Notes: generated by a model from the letters alone, not told the origin. A DNA stretch of 51,220 nucleotides from Candidatus Sulfotelmatobacter sp. (GCA_049279555.1 JBAPOI010000396.1:1-51220); one strand, 5' to 3'. Shown: positions 1 to 7,994, counted from the first letter of the stretch. A program made the numbers and translations.

Positions 1-251
1 CTTGTGGATGTCCATTCGATCGTTTCCTCGGAAGAGATTGCTTCAGCACAATCAGCTTCTCCGGTTTCGCTCGAATGGACAACGTGTTGAAAGATCACAG
101 CTGGCCCAGCCGCACTCTAACACGACACGGGATGCCCTATCTGTGGCAGTTTCACGAGTGGGCTGCTGCGAACGTTCCTGCATGTTCATAGTTCACAGCT
201 AAATCGTCGCGTTCCCGTTACACAGTCTGTAAGGCCGACTGAAAGGCGCGA

Positions 252-803
252 TCAGTCAACCTGGCGGGCGCGCGCACACCCCGGGCAAGCATCGTACTTG
301 ACGTAACGAAGGAACCGCGCACGTCCCCGGCCCTTCCAGTATGGAGCGTCATAATCGGCAATGCCCGGACCCGTGGTCATGAGGCTGAAGAAAACGTGTC
401 GCGATGGCCGGATGACAATTCCCACATGCCCGCGCCACACCACCAGATCGCCCGGCTGCGGCTGCGGCACTCGTTGAAACCCTTCGACTCCAAGATAGAG
501 GTCGCTGGAGCTGGCGTAGGAATATCGGAAGCCGGCTTTCTCGTAGATGGCGTGAACCAGGTGCGAACAATCGCTCGCAGAATGTCGACGCACTTTAGGG
601 TCGAGCGCGGCGGCGATCACTGACAAACGATCGTCCTGGTTTAGTGTGCGATCAGCCTGTGGCTTATAACTCCCAGAGCCTGCACGCACGGCTGTGGAGG
701 CATCGCTCTTGTTCGGTGCAGGTTCTGCGCCAGCTGGCGTCAAGCTCAGAGCAAGCCCGCAAATTAGGACCACGGTTGTGCCGGTTTTTGTCCAAATCGG
801 CAT
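252..803 (-). CDS. NlpC/P60-family cell-wall peptidase, probably secreted
   Basis: ORF 252..860. 'SDCSHLVHAIY' (Cys) and 'GDLVVWRGHVGIV' (His) resemble the NlpC/P60 catalytic motifs. The internal Met at 803 is followed by a hydrophobic signal-like segment (MPIWTKTGTTVVLICGLALSL). Start is ambiguous (803 or 860). Confidence 0.75.
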   Translation of the reverse strand: MPIWTKTGTTVVLICGLALSLTPAGAEPAPNKSDASTAVRAGSGSYKPQADRTLNQDDRLSVIAAALDPKVRRHSASDCSHLVHAIYEKAGFRYSYASSSDLYLGVEGFQRVPQPQPGDLVVWRGHVGIVIRPSRHVFFSLMTTGPGIADYDAPYWKGRGRARFLRYVKYDACPGCARARQVD

Positions 804-965
804 GGTCCCAGTTTGATGCCGATTTCGAGTCCAGCGTAGGTTACCTTTGTGCAGGGACACATCACGAATGGAGCTATCCTCTCGTTTTAAGCCTTTTCAC
901 GGCCCCTAGGTGACTTCTAGCCTGATGGGAATCCAGCTCTTTGATCGACATACCAGCGAGGACGG

Positions 966-1355
966 TTAATGTGCGGCGACTGCGTTCGCGCCCTCTCCGG
1001 ACTCAGCAACCACCGTCGTTCCCTCGCCCTGCCATTTCCGGGCAAGTCCCTCCATCTGGACCAGCACCTTCTCAATGTCCTTCATTCTTTCCGTAATGCC
1101 ATAGGTCACGGCAGGCGGAATGGTCTGTTCGTAGTGCCGGAAGACGAATCCAGCGCCTTCGAGGGTGCGCAGCCGCTCCGTCAGCACGCGCGCGGAGATG
1201 CCGTCGATCCGCTTCCGGAGCACGCCGAAGCGCAGCGGCCCCTCGTGGCTCAATGCCCACAAGATGTGAAGCGTCCAGGGACGCGTAAGCAGTTCGAGCA
1301 TTCCTCCAATTGCGCAACCAGAAGGCATTGGCATGGTTCGTCGCTTTGGACTCAT
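966..1355 (-). CDS. HxlR-family winged-helix transcriptional regulator
   Basis: 'LELLTRPWTLHILWALSHEGPLRFGVLRKRIDGISARVLTERLRTLEGAGFV' is a typical HxlR-type HTH. It is divergent from the CDGSH gene. Confidence 0.85.
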   Translation of the reverse strand: MSPKRRTMPMPSGCAIGGMLELLTRPWTLHILWALSHEGPLRFGVLRKRIDGISARVLTERLRTLEGAGFVFRHYEQTIPPAVTYGITERMKDIEKVLVQMEGLARKWQGEGTTVVAESGEGANAVAAH

Positions 1356-1571
1356 ATGGTTATTAAGTTACTTCTAAGTTCCTAATATGTAAAGAGTTAT
1401 CGGTTATTTATTGTAACCATAGTTGGCTAGTCTTCATCAAAAGCAACTGTGCCGATCGCGCTGTTTCTGGTCTGCGTCACGCCCATGATGCACAAGTTCT
1501 GGGCGGTCACCGATCTCATGAGTTGTCCGAAGTTTCACCGCAGTCAATCCCAAATGCTCAGAGGAGAAAAT

Positions 1572-1787
1572 ATGTCGGATCCAACCATTCAAGTTCTGTC
1601 CAAAGGTCCATATCTTGTTGCTGGAAAATTCACTCTCACCGATGCCAGCGGCAACAAAATTGAAGCGGGAGAAAAAATAGCGCTCTGCCGCTGCGGCGCT
1701 TCCACCAACAAACCGTTCTGCGACGGAACCCACACCAAGGTAGGATTTGAGGCTGCTGCCGCAGCCGTTCCCGGGAGTGCCGAATAG
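1572..1787 (+). CDS. CDGSH iron-sulfur domain protein
   Basis: 'CRCGASTNKPFCDGTH' is the CDGSH motif. ATG at 1572 is preceded by GAGGAG at 1561-1566. The longer ORF from 1449 looks non-coding upstream. Confidence 0.8.
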   Translation: MSDPTIQVLSKGPYLVAGKFTLTDASGNKIEAGEKIALCRCGASTNKPFCDGTHTKVGFEAAAAAVPGSAE

Positions 1788-1815
1788 TCGAGCCAGCGAT
1801 CACCGTGGCTCATGC

Positions 1816-1845
1816 AAAAAAGCCGCCATTTCAGGCGGCTTTCAA
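1816..1845. terminator. Hairpin between convergent genes, possibly a bidirectional terminator
   Basis: aaaaaAGCCGCCatttcaGGCGGCTttc: a GC stem flanked by an A-run and a T-rich run, lying between the CDGSH and DinB stop codons. Confidence 0.5.
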
Positions 1846-1864
1846 TGCAAACCTAAGCTGGCCC

Positions 1865-2401
1865 CTACGCCGCATTCTCGGCTGCCGCCGGCGGCTGGAA
1901 CGGCTCATCGTAGCTGCCGCCGTAGATCGTAGGCACCTTCGATCCCATGGGCCGCAGGTACGTTGCCAGCTCACCGCGATGGTGAATGCTGTGGTTGTTG
2001 AGGAAGCCTAAATACAGAACTGCGGGCAGGTTGAAGACGCCAACGAAATTGACCGGCGTCAGCAACTGCTCCGGCGTCATGGCCGCGATGCGGGCCACGC
2101 CGCGCTTCATGTTCTCCTCGTACCAGGCTGCCACATCGGCCGAAGTTTCCGGCTTGTGCTCCGGGTTTGCCATCTTGAATTCCAAGTCGGCGATTCCGTC
2201 CAGGAACTGAATGTCGGTGTTCGCGAGATGCCACGCTAGCTCTTTCGCCGTCCGCGCATGCGGATCGGGTTTGTAACTGGACGCAGCGTCGGGCACGGCC
2301 GCAATCACTTTCTTGGTTATTTCCGCTTCGCGCGCCATGCCGCCGAGCATCAGGGCGCGGTAGCCTACAGCGAATTCCGAAGTGAAACCTTGAGCGGACA
2401 T
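1865..2401 (-). CDS. DinB-superfamily protein
   Basis: Four-helix-bundle His pattern ('ELAWHLAN', 'NHSIHHRGELATYLR') typical of DinB/YfiT-like proteins. Confidence 0.8.
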   Translation of the reverse strand: MSAQGFTSEFAVGYRALMLGGMAREAEITKKVIAAVPDAASSYKPDPHARTAKELAWHLANTDIQFLDGIADLEFKMANPEHKPETSADVAAWYEENMKRGVARIAAMTPEQLLTPVNFVGVFNLPAVLYLGFLNNHSIHHRGELATYLRPMGSKVPTIYGGSYDEPFQPPAAAENAA

Positions 2402-2495
2402 ATTTCCTCCTCGTCAGGGTGGTATGTTTCGTTTGGGTGCAGGAAGCCGAATGGGGCGCCGCACGCGCCCCAAGCTCAGTTTCGAATCGAAGGGA

Positions 2496-3440
2496 TTATA
2501 CGCCGACCGGCTGTTTGCTGCTTACCGGCACGGGATTCAGCCAGCCGTACCGGTCGTTCTTTTCGCCGTGCACGATCGCATAAAACTCTTTCTGAATCGC
2601 CTTAGTGATGGGGCCTATCACGCCATTGCCCACCTTGACTTTGTCGACCGAGCGGATCGGAGTAATCTCAGCGGCCGTGCCGGTAAAGAAGGCTTCGTCG
2701 CAGAGGTAAAGCATCTCCCGCGGAATTATCTGCTCGACGATTGGAATATTCAGATCGCGCGCGATCTGCAGCACCGAATCGCGCGTGATGCCGGGAAGGA
2801 CTGAGCTGCCCGCCGGATTCGTGATCAGTTTGTCGTGTTGCACGACAAAAACATTCTCGCCGGAGCCTTCGCTCACGAAGCCGTTCACGTCGAGCGCAAT
2901 GCCCTCGGCATAACCATTCACGACCGCTTCCATCTTGATAAGCTGCGAGTTCATATAATTGGCGCCAGCCTTCGCCATCACCGGCAGCGTGTTCGGCGCA
3001 AGGCGCGTCCATGAAGAAATGCAGGCGTCGCAACCTTCGCTCTCGCCACCCAGATATTTTCCCCACGACCAATTGATGATGTAAACCTCGGTCGGCGTGT
3101 TGAACGGATTCACTCCCATCTCGCCACAGCCACGCAGAATGATGGGCCGAATATAGCAAGGCCATGCGCCGTTGCTAGCCACGGTTTCGAACATGGCCTT
3201 TACCAACTGGTCGCGAGTGTAGTCGACGTCGATGCGATAAACCTTGGCGGAATTGAGCAGCCGCTGAATGTGATCGTCAGCGCGAAAAATCGCTGGGCGC
3301 GACTGCGGCGCGTAGCAGCGAATCCCCTCGAACACCGAGGAGCCGTAGTGGACCACGTGCGACAATACATGAAGAGTCGCCTTGTCCCAGGGAATGAGCT
3401 TCCCATTGTGCCAGATGCTTTCCAATTTTTCGATCGCCAT
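2496..3440 (-). CDS. ilvE: Branched-chain amino acid aminotransferase
   Basis: 'WHNGKLIPWDKATLHVLSHVVHYGSSVFEGIRCY' and full-length class IV aminotransferase similarity. ATG at 3440 has GGAG six nt upstream. The GTG at 3446 is less likely. Confidence 0.9.
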   Translation of the reverse strand: MAIEKLESIWHNGKLIPWDKATLHVLSHVVHYGSSVFEGIRCYAPQSRPAIFRADDHIQRLLNSAKVYRIDVDYTRDQLVKAMFETVASNGAWPCYIRPIILRGCGEMGVNPFNTPTEVYIINWSWGKYLGGESEGCDACISSWTRLAPNTLPVMAKAGANYMNSQLIKMEAVVNGYAEGIALDVNGFVSEGSGENVFVVQHDKLITNPAGSSVLPGITRDSVLQIARDLNIPIVEQIIPREMLYLCDEAFFTGTAAEITPIRSVDKVKVGNGVIGPITKAIQKEFYAIVHGEKNDRYGWLNPVPVSSKQPVGV

Positions 3441-3556
3441 GAGCACTCCTTCAGCGCGGATTAGAACATTATAGCCGAACGCGGCGAAGCCTCCCCCCCC
3501 AAAGAGTCTGGGATGGGACCATGTGGGGCCTAAGCGTTCGAATGCCGAAGCGACTT

Positions 3557-3590
3557 ATGTAGGGCAGCCGCGCCCGGCTGTCCTGAGCGG
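3557..3590 (+). repeat. GC-rich hairpin repeat (family D), copy 1
   Basis: atgtaGGGCAGCCGcgccCGGCTGTCCtgagcgg. Near-identical to 5073-5105. Confidence 0.6.
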
Positions 3591-3862
3591 AGCCGAAGGG
3601 GGCTATCCAGCAGCGCGATGGTGGCGATCATAATGAGCGTTTGTGGGCGGCGGGATTGAAGCGGGCACGATAGGCCAAAAAATCAGCGTAGCCGTTGCCG
3701 GCTGCCGAAACGTCGATCTCTTAGAAACATCCTGGCTGTGCAATCCGCTAAGGGATTGTGTGCGTACTCAGGATGCACGGGAGAGTTGGCTCGCAACCCA
3801 GCTGCTGCAGGCCGCGATTGCGGATCTGCCAACTCCTCCCGAAATCAAACCAGGAGATTGGT

Positions 3863-4738
3863 ATGAACCTGCCCCAGAACATGGATATTGAAAAAGATAC
3901 ACCGGCCGATGAGAATTCGTCCGGAATGTCGAGACGCTCGTTTTTCAAACGGGCTACAGTGGTCGGAGCTACAAGTGCAGTCGCGATTGGCGGGCTGGTC
4001 ACGCTGGCTTCGGCGTTAGACAAGGGAGCGAGCACCACCAGCGACGACGAAATCGCGAAAGGCAGTTTGGCGAGTGGAGATCGCCAGATCCTGCTGGCGG
4101 CTGAGATTGCCGAGGCGTTGGCGGTTACCACCTACACCAATATCATCAACACTTCTCCTTTCTTTACCCGGCTGCCAATCGACGATCAGGGCTACCTCGC
4201 GGGTGCGCGGCAGGAGGAGATGTCGCATTATCTGCTGGAGCAGTCGGTGACCGATCAGTTGACGCCATTTACCTCGTTCTACTATCCGTTCAACATGTTT
4301 GCCGATGCGCAGACTACGTTGAACACTCTGGTCACCCTCGAGGACGCGTTCATCGCGGCGTACCTGATTGGCGTGCGGAATTTCAGCACCGGACAACTGC
4401 GAGTAACGGCGGCGCGCATCATGGGCATCGAGAGCGATCACCGGACGCTGGCGCGCGTGCTGGGCCCGGATGTGGCGGCGCAGGATGGCGGGCCGATCAT
4501 GACCATCACCGGCTTTCAGGGAGTGCCGGAAAGCGTTGCTCCTCCGAATAACAATGGATACGAGAGAACTCTGTGCCTGAGCAGGATCGACCAGGCGGTG
4601 AATGCTCTGCTGCCGTTCGTCGATGTCAACGCCGCGCAGGCTGCGGGATTCGATACGTCAAAATCGTTTTCCTTCGAACCATTCAATCCAACTTTGCCAA
4701 ATCCGCTGGGGGATTTCATTTCCTTCAAGGGTTGCTGA
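3863..4738 (+). CDS. Ferritin-like domain protein with twin-arginine (Tat) signal
   Basis: ATG at 3863 follows AGGAG. 'SRRSFFKRATVVGATSAVAIGG' is a Tat motif plus h-region. 'LAAEIAEALAVTTY...EEMSHYLLEQ...LEDAFIAAY...ESDHRTLARV' resembles ferritin-like four-helix metal ligands. Confidence 0.7.
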   Translation: MNLPQNMDIEKDTPADENSSGMSRRSFFKRATVVGATSAVAIGGLVTLASALDKGASTTSDDEIAKGSLASGDRQILLAAEIAEALAVTTYTNIINTSPFFTRLPIDDQGYLAGARQEEMSHYLLEQSVTDQLTPFTSFYYPFNMFADAQTTLNTLVTLEDAFIAAYLIGVRNFSTGQLRVTAARIMGIESDHRTLARVLGPDVAAQDGGPIMTITGFQGVPESVAPPNNNGYERTLCLSRIDQAVNALLPFVDVNAAQAAGFDTSKSFSFEPFNPTLPNPLGDFISFKGC

Positions 4739-4870
4739 ACGAGCTGAGGAGTTGGCGCTGTCCGGCTGGGGCTGCGGGTTCTTCGTGGACTCGCGGCCTT
4801 GCCGGAAGATCGAACGAAAACGGACACCGAAAGAAATTTGAAAGTACCATCGAGAATTCAAGGAGGCTTT

Positions 4871-5044
4871 GTGATTGAAGGATTGTTTCAGCCCATGCAT
4901 CTGATCGTGATCTTCGCCATCGCGCTGCTGGTATTCGGCCCCAAGAAACTGCCTGAGCTTGGCAAGGGATTGGGCGATGGTATACGCGGCTTCAAGGCGG
5001 CGATGAACCCGGGGGAAGAGAAAAAGGACAGCCCGGAGGTCTAG
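4871..5044 (+). CDS. tatA: Twin-arginine translocase subunit TatA/E
   Basis: 'HLIVIFAIALLVFGPKKLPELGKGLGDGIRGFK' is the canonical TatA sequence. GTG at 4871 is preceded by AGGAGG at 4861. Confidence 0.85.
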   Translation: MIEGLFQPMHLIVIFAIALLVFGPKKLPELGKGLGDGIRGFKAAMNPGEEKKDSPEV

Positions 5045-5072
5045 TGCGGCGCGCGCGCCATCGCCACAACTC

Positions 5073-5105
5073 ATGTGGGGACAGCCGCCCCCGGCTGTCC
5101 GGCGG
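5073..5105 (+). repeat. GC-rich hairpin repeat (family D), copy 2
   Basis: atgtgGGGACAGCCGcccCCGGCTGTCCggcgg: a 9-bp perfect stem directly after the tatA stop. It may act as a terminator or RNA stabiliser. Confidence 0.6.
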
Positions 5106-5112
5106 CCCAGAC

Positions 5113-5625
5113 TCACCGGGCCGCAGCTTTTGCCCGGACGCCAGAAATCTTATCGGCCGCGGCCTTCGCCGCTCGAACAGGTGCGGGTTTTCGCGAATCG
5201 AGTAACTCCCACGCTTCTTTGTAGCGCTCATGAACGCTGTCTTCGCGATGCGGACTGAGCACAACCACGTTTTGTCCCATGAGCTTCTTCGCCGGGAAGA
5301 TATACCAGATGTCCTCTCGCAGCAGATAGATGGCGAAGTAATCAATCTGCTTGGTCGTATAAGCTTTGAGTTTGTTGCTGGCCAGCATGCAGCTGTAATT
5401 GTTCCCTTCGCGGCAATCGGTGCCCTTCACCTGCACCCGCTTGAATCGCCCATCCTGTTCGATCCCGACGTCATAGCGAGCCGAGTCTCCCCACGGCTTC
5501 GACACAACGTAACCACGCTTGGCTGCGCGCGTCATAAACAGCAACTCCACCCACTCCCTGCGCTGCTTGTAAGTCTTAAACACTTCCATCCCCGTCGCCG
5601 GAGATTTCTCGCGATTCTTTCCCAA
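5113..5625 (-). CDS. PD-(D/E)XK endonuclease-like protein (group-I-intron-associated PDDEXK_5-like)
   Basis: 'AAKRGYVVSKPWGDSARYDVGIEQDGRFKRVQVKG' matches my recollection of the D...(D/E)xK core of this small nuclease family. Assigned by eye only. Start is 5625 or 5589. Confidence 0.55.
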   Translation of the reverse strand: MGKNREKSPATGMEVFKTYKQRREWVELLFMTRAAKRGYVVSKPWGDSARYDVGIEQDGRFKRVQVKGTDCREGNNYSCMLASNKLKAYTTKQIDYFAIYLLREDIWYIFPAKKLMGQNVVVLSPHREDSVHERYKEAWELLDSRKPAPVRAAKAAADKISGVRAKAAAR

Positions 5626-5697
5626 GACTCACACCTCACAAAGTTTTGCCATTACGAACGAATGCTTTCCAGTCCGCCTCTAAATCTTGTCATTAGG

Positions 5698-5739
5698 TTG
5701 TCATTCCGAACGGGCGCAGTTCAGCCCGGAGGAATCTGC
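5698..5739 (-). repeat. REP-like palindromic element (A/B superfamily, GGAATGACAA-type), inverted orientation
   Basis: TTGTCATTCCGAACGGGCGcagttcaGCCCGGAGGAATCTGC. Matches 7954-7994 and the reverse complement of 8333-8375. Confidence 0.75.
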
Positions 5740-5939
5740 TTTTCGCCGCCAGCGCCATAGCGACGTTTAGCCTATGAGGGAGTCGGAGGTGCACGTGAGA
5801 GCCGTTCGCGGAAGCCTCTTGAGTGGGTAAACATCCTACTACTAGTTTAGTGAGGGGGTGCAAGGTCCGATGTCACACAGGGGGTGTGGAAAAGCTCGAT
5901 ATGGGACGACTGCCGTCGATGCGGCCCTCACCCCTGGTC

Positions 5940-6563
5940 CTACTTTGCCGTGGCGAAACTTCTAATGATCTCCGTAGCATTAGTCAGACCGCGCGCGGTC
6001 AGGGTGTAGCCGGAATCCTTGGCTCCAGCCACCTCAGCAGAAAAGCTCTTCAGGTATGCGGCGAAGTTGGCGGTGTCGAAGGCGTCATAGTGAAGGCACG
6101 CCTCTTTTACCTGCTCGTGCGTCACCCGAGCGACACCGGTGCTTAAGTAAGCCGCTATTCCCTTTAGCAGGAGGACGCTATGCATCCGGTCTTTTTTATT
6201 TTCCCCTGGCACCTTTTTCGCCACCAAGTCAATTTCGTCTACCCCGAGACTAAATAGGGCGGAGAGCCCCGAGGGCGTGAACCCGCTCCTTTTCATCCAC
6301 TTGAGGGCCACTGGACTTATGCCCTCGGAGGCTTCGTTCTCTTCAGGAACGCTGGACCGGACCGAGCCGGCTGGCGGCCTTTCTTCAGCTTCGGAGGGCT
6401 TGGGCTGCTCCTCGTCGCTTAGAGAGGGCAACGCAAGCCTTCGTGAGACGTAATCAAGGACTCGCCTCTGGGCCGCGGGATCGAGTTCTTTCAAGGCATT
6501 GTAAACAGATGTGATCGCGGTTATTTCAGGGTCCGAACTGACCATTGATTTATCAGTCGCCAT
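5940..6563 (-). CDS. Uncharacterised partner protein of the PNP-fold gene, with an acidic/Pro-rich linker and a C-terminal winged-helix-like module
   Basis: ATG at 6563 is preceded by AAGGAGG and lies 15 nt after the upstream stop (6579), consistent with an operon. I recognise no family. The C-terminal ~75 aa align by eye with the N-terminus of the upstream protein. Confidence 0.7.
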   Translation of the reverse strand: MATDKSMVSSDPEITAITSVYNALKELDPAAQRRVLDYVSRRLALPSLSDEEQPKPSEAEERPPAGSVRSSVPEENEASEGISPVALKWMKRSGFTPSGLSALFSLGVDEIDLVAKKVPGENKKDRMHSVLLLKGIAAYLSTGVARVTHEQVKEACLHYDAFDTANFAAYLKSFSAEVAGAKDSGYTLTARGLTNATEIIRSFATAK

Positions 6564-6578
6564 AAAGCCTCCTTACCA

Positions 6579-7700
6579 TTATGCTGTGGGCCACAAGGCC
6601 TCCCATTCAGTCCTTAGGAACTCGACAGTGAACTCGGCTGCGACAAACGCAGCGTATTGCTGCCATGAATCGGACTTGACCGCTGCGAAGTCGCAAACCG
6701 ACTTGAAGGAAACAAAGCGCGGTTTTGGGTCAGGGGACTCGTAGCATGCCCGGTAGACCCCATAGGTTTCCATCTCCACGCCAATCAATTTGCGCCAGTG
6801 GCTTTGTATTTCGAGAATGCGCGATGCATCGTCGATTACCTGGTCGGCCCCTCCGACTGGGCCGATGTGGAGTCGATTGGAGCCCGCTGGAAGACGACCC
6901 TTCCAACGGCTGCGGATGGCGGCAAACATTGCGTGATCTGCGCGGTACTTTTGAAGGACGCTGCGAAGTCGGGGATTCAGCCCGATAGGGTATGGATCGG
7001 GGAGGAACTCTCTGATGCCGTCAGAGAACGCTACCTTCCCAGAGTTGTAGTCCACGCTCGGGTCCGCCACGAGAACATCGCCAAAGAGCTTGTTGCCCTC
7101 GCGCGTCCCGGCCGCGATGCCGATCATTGCGACCAGACGGGGTCGAAACTGTAGGACAAGCTGAGTGGTGGCTATGGCTGCAGCTGTAAGTCCCATTGAT
7201 GTCGACGTCGTCGCGACGACGCGGAGTTTTTTCCCAGCGGAGGTGCCGAGGGTCGCCTCGCGATAGACATGCGCGAAGCGTGGGCTGCCCACAACAGTCC
7301 AGGCGCTCTGTCCGCCGATGGCCTTGATCACGGCCTCGAGTTCCGGATTTTCTAGTGCACAGATAATGCCGATATCCGTAGAGAAGTCGGCTTCGGTCGT
7401 GCTCGTTGCTAGCTCCAATCCGCTCGTGGCCCGCAGCTGTTCCACGCCCTTCTGCGTAAGGGACCAGCGCAGCGGCGGCCCTTTTTCCGCCGGCTCGACA
7501 TAGGCTCCGTAGGCGCGGAGGCTGGCATTGACGTTCTTGGGCGTTTTCTTGCCGAGGTGGAGGCCGAGCATGTCGATCACTTGTTTGGCGGTCACGGGTG
7601 ATGAGTGCGCGTTGAGGCAAAAGAGTGCTGCGAGAATCGCGTACTGGTCGGAGCGCTCCCGGGGCTTAACAGCGCTCAGGATTGTAGATAGCGTCAGCAT
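6579..7700 (-). CDS. Winged-helix domain fused to a nucleoside phosphorylase/nucleosidase (PNP_UDP_1/MTAN-like) domain
   Basis: C-terminal motifs 'MIGIAAGT', 'GDVLVAD', 'GGADQV' and 'IGVEMETYG' match the MTAN/PNP fold. The N-terminal ~90 aa look like a wHTH ('VTAKQVIDMLG...LRWSLTQKG'). Met at 7700 is chosen as start because the 36-aa extension to 7808 looks non-coding. Confidence 0.8.
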   Translation of the reverse strand: MLTLSTILSAVKPRERSDQYAILAALFCLNAHSSPVTAKQVIDMLGLHLGKKTPKNVNASLRAYGAYVEPAEKGPPLRWSLTQKGVEQLRATSGLELATSTTEADFSTDIGIICALENPELEAVIKAIGGQSAWTVVGSPRFAHVYREATLGTSAGKKLRVVATTSTSMGLTAAAIATTQLVLQFRPRLVAMIGIAAGTREGNKLFGDVLVADPSVDYNSGKVAFSDGIREFLPDPYPIGLNPRLRSVLQKYRADHAMFAAIRSRWKGRLPAGSNRLHIGPVGGADQVIDDASRILEIQSHWRKLIGVEMETYGVYRACYESPDPKPRFVSFKSVCDFAAVKSDSWQQYAAFVAAEFTVEFLRTEWEALWPTA

Positions 7701-7843
7701 GGCGGCAGGGAAAAAGCCACAGCATAGCCGCGGCCCGTCACAACCGGGTTCCTTTTTACTCTTATGGGGGAGGGAATACCAAGAACTTTCATGGTGGCGA
7801 GGTGGCACGGGGAGGGGACGGGTACCTGCCTATGGCTGGGACA

Positions 7844-7888
7844 GCAGATTCCTCCTACTTCGCTTCGCTCAGGCGTCGGAATGACAAG
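7844..7888 (+). repeat. REP-like palindromic element (A/B superfamily)
   Basis: GCAGATTCCTCctacttcgcttcgctcaggcgtCGGAATGACAAG. Both termini are shared with 8333-8375. Confidence 0.7.
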
Positions 7889-7953
7889 AAGTTTTGCACA
7901 GTGAAAGTGGTGACGAGTGACGCTGCGTTTCGTTGGCCCAACCCCTTAGAGTT

Positions 7954-7994
7954 TTGTCATTCCGAACGGGCGGTGTTTGCCCGGAGGAATCTGC
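7954..7994 (-). repeat. REP-like palindromic element, left flank of the GIY-YIG gene
   Basis: TTGTCATTCCGAACGGGCGgtgtttGCCCGGAGGAATCTGC. Ends 17 nt before the GIY-YIG ATG. Confidence 0.75.

Noticed and set aside
2-202. 66-aa ORF at the left edge
   Set aside because: It is short, has no motifs or RBS, and the composition is not convincing. It may be non-coding, or a fragment in a frame that is not resolved.
7021-7620. 199-aa alternative-frame ORF within the PNP-fold gene
   Set aside because: It is on the same strand in a different frame and is Arg-rich with no motifs. The 6579-7700 frame carries the PNP motifs.
7701-7808. N-terminal 36-aa extension of the PNP-fold ORF (MPPRHHESSWYSLPHKSKKEPGCDGPRLCCGFFPAA)
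   Set aside because: The composition is not protein-like and the extension precedes the winged-helix module. Met at 7700 is preferred. This remains unverified because no clear RBS is visible for either start.
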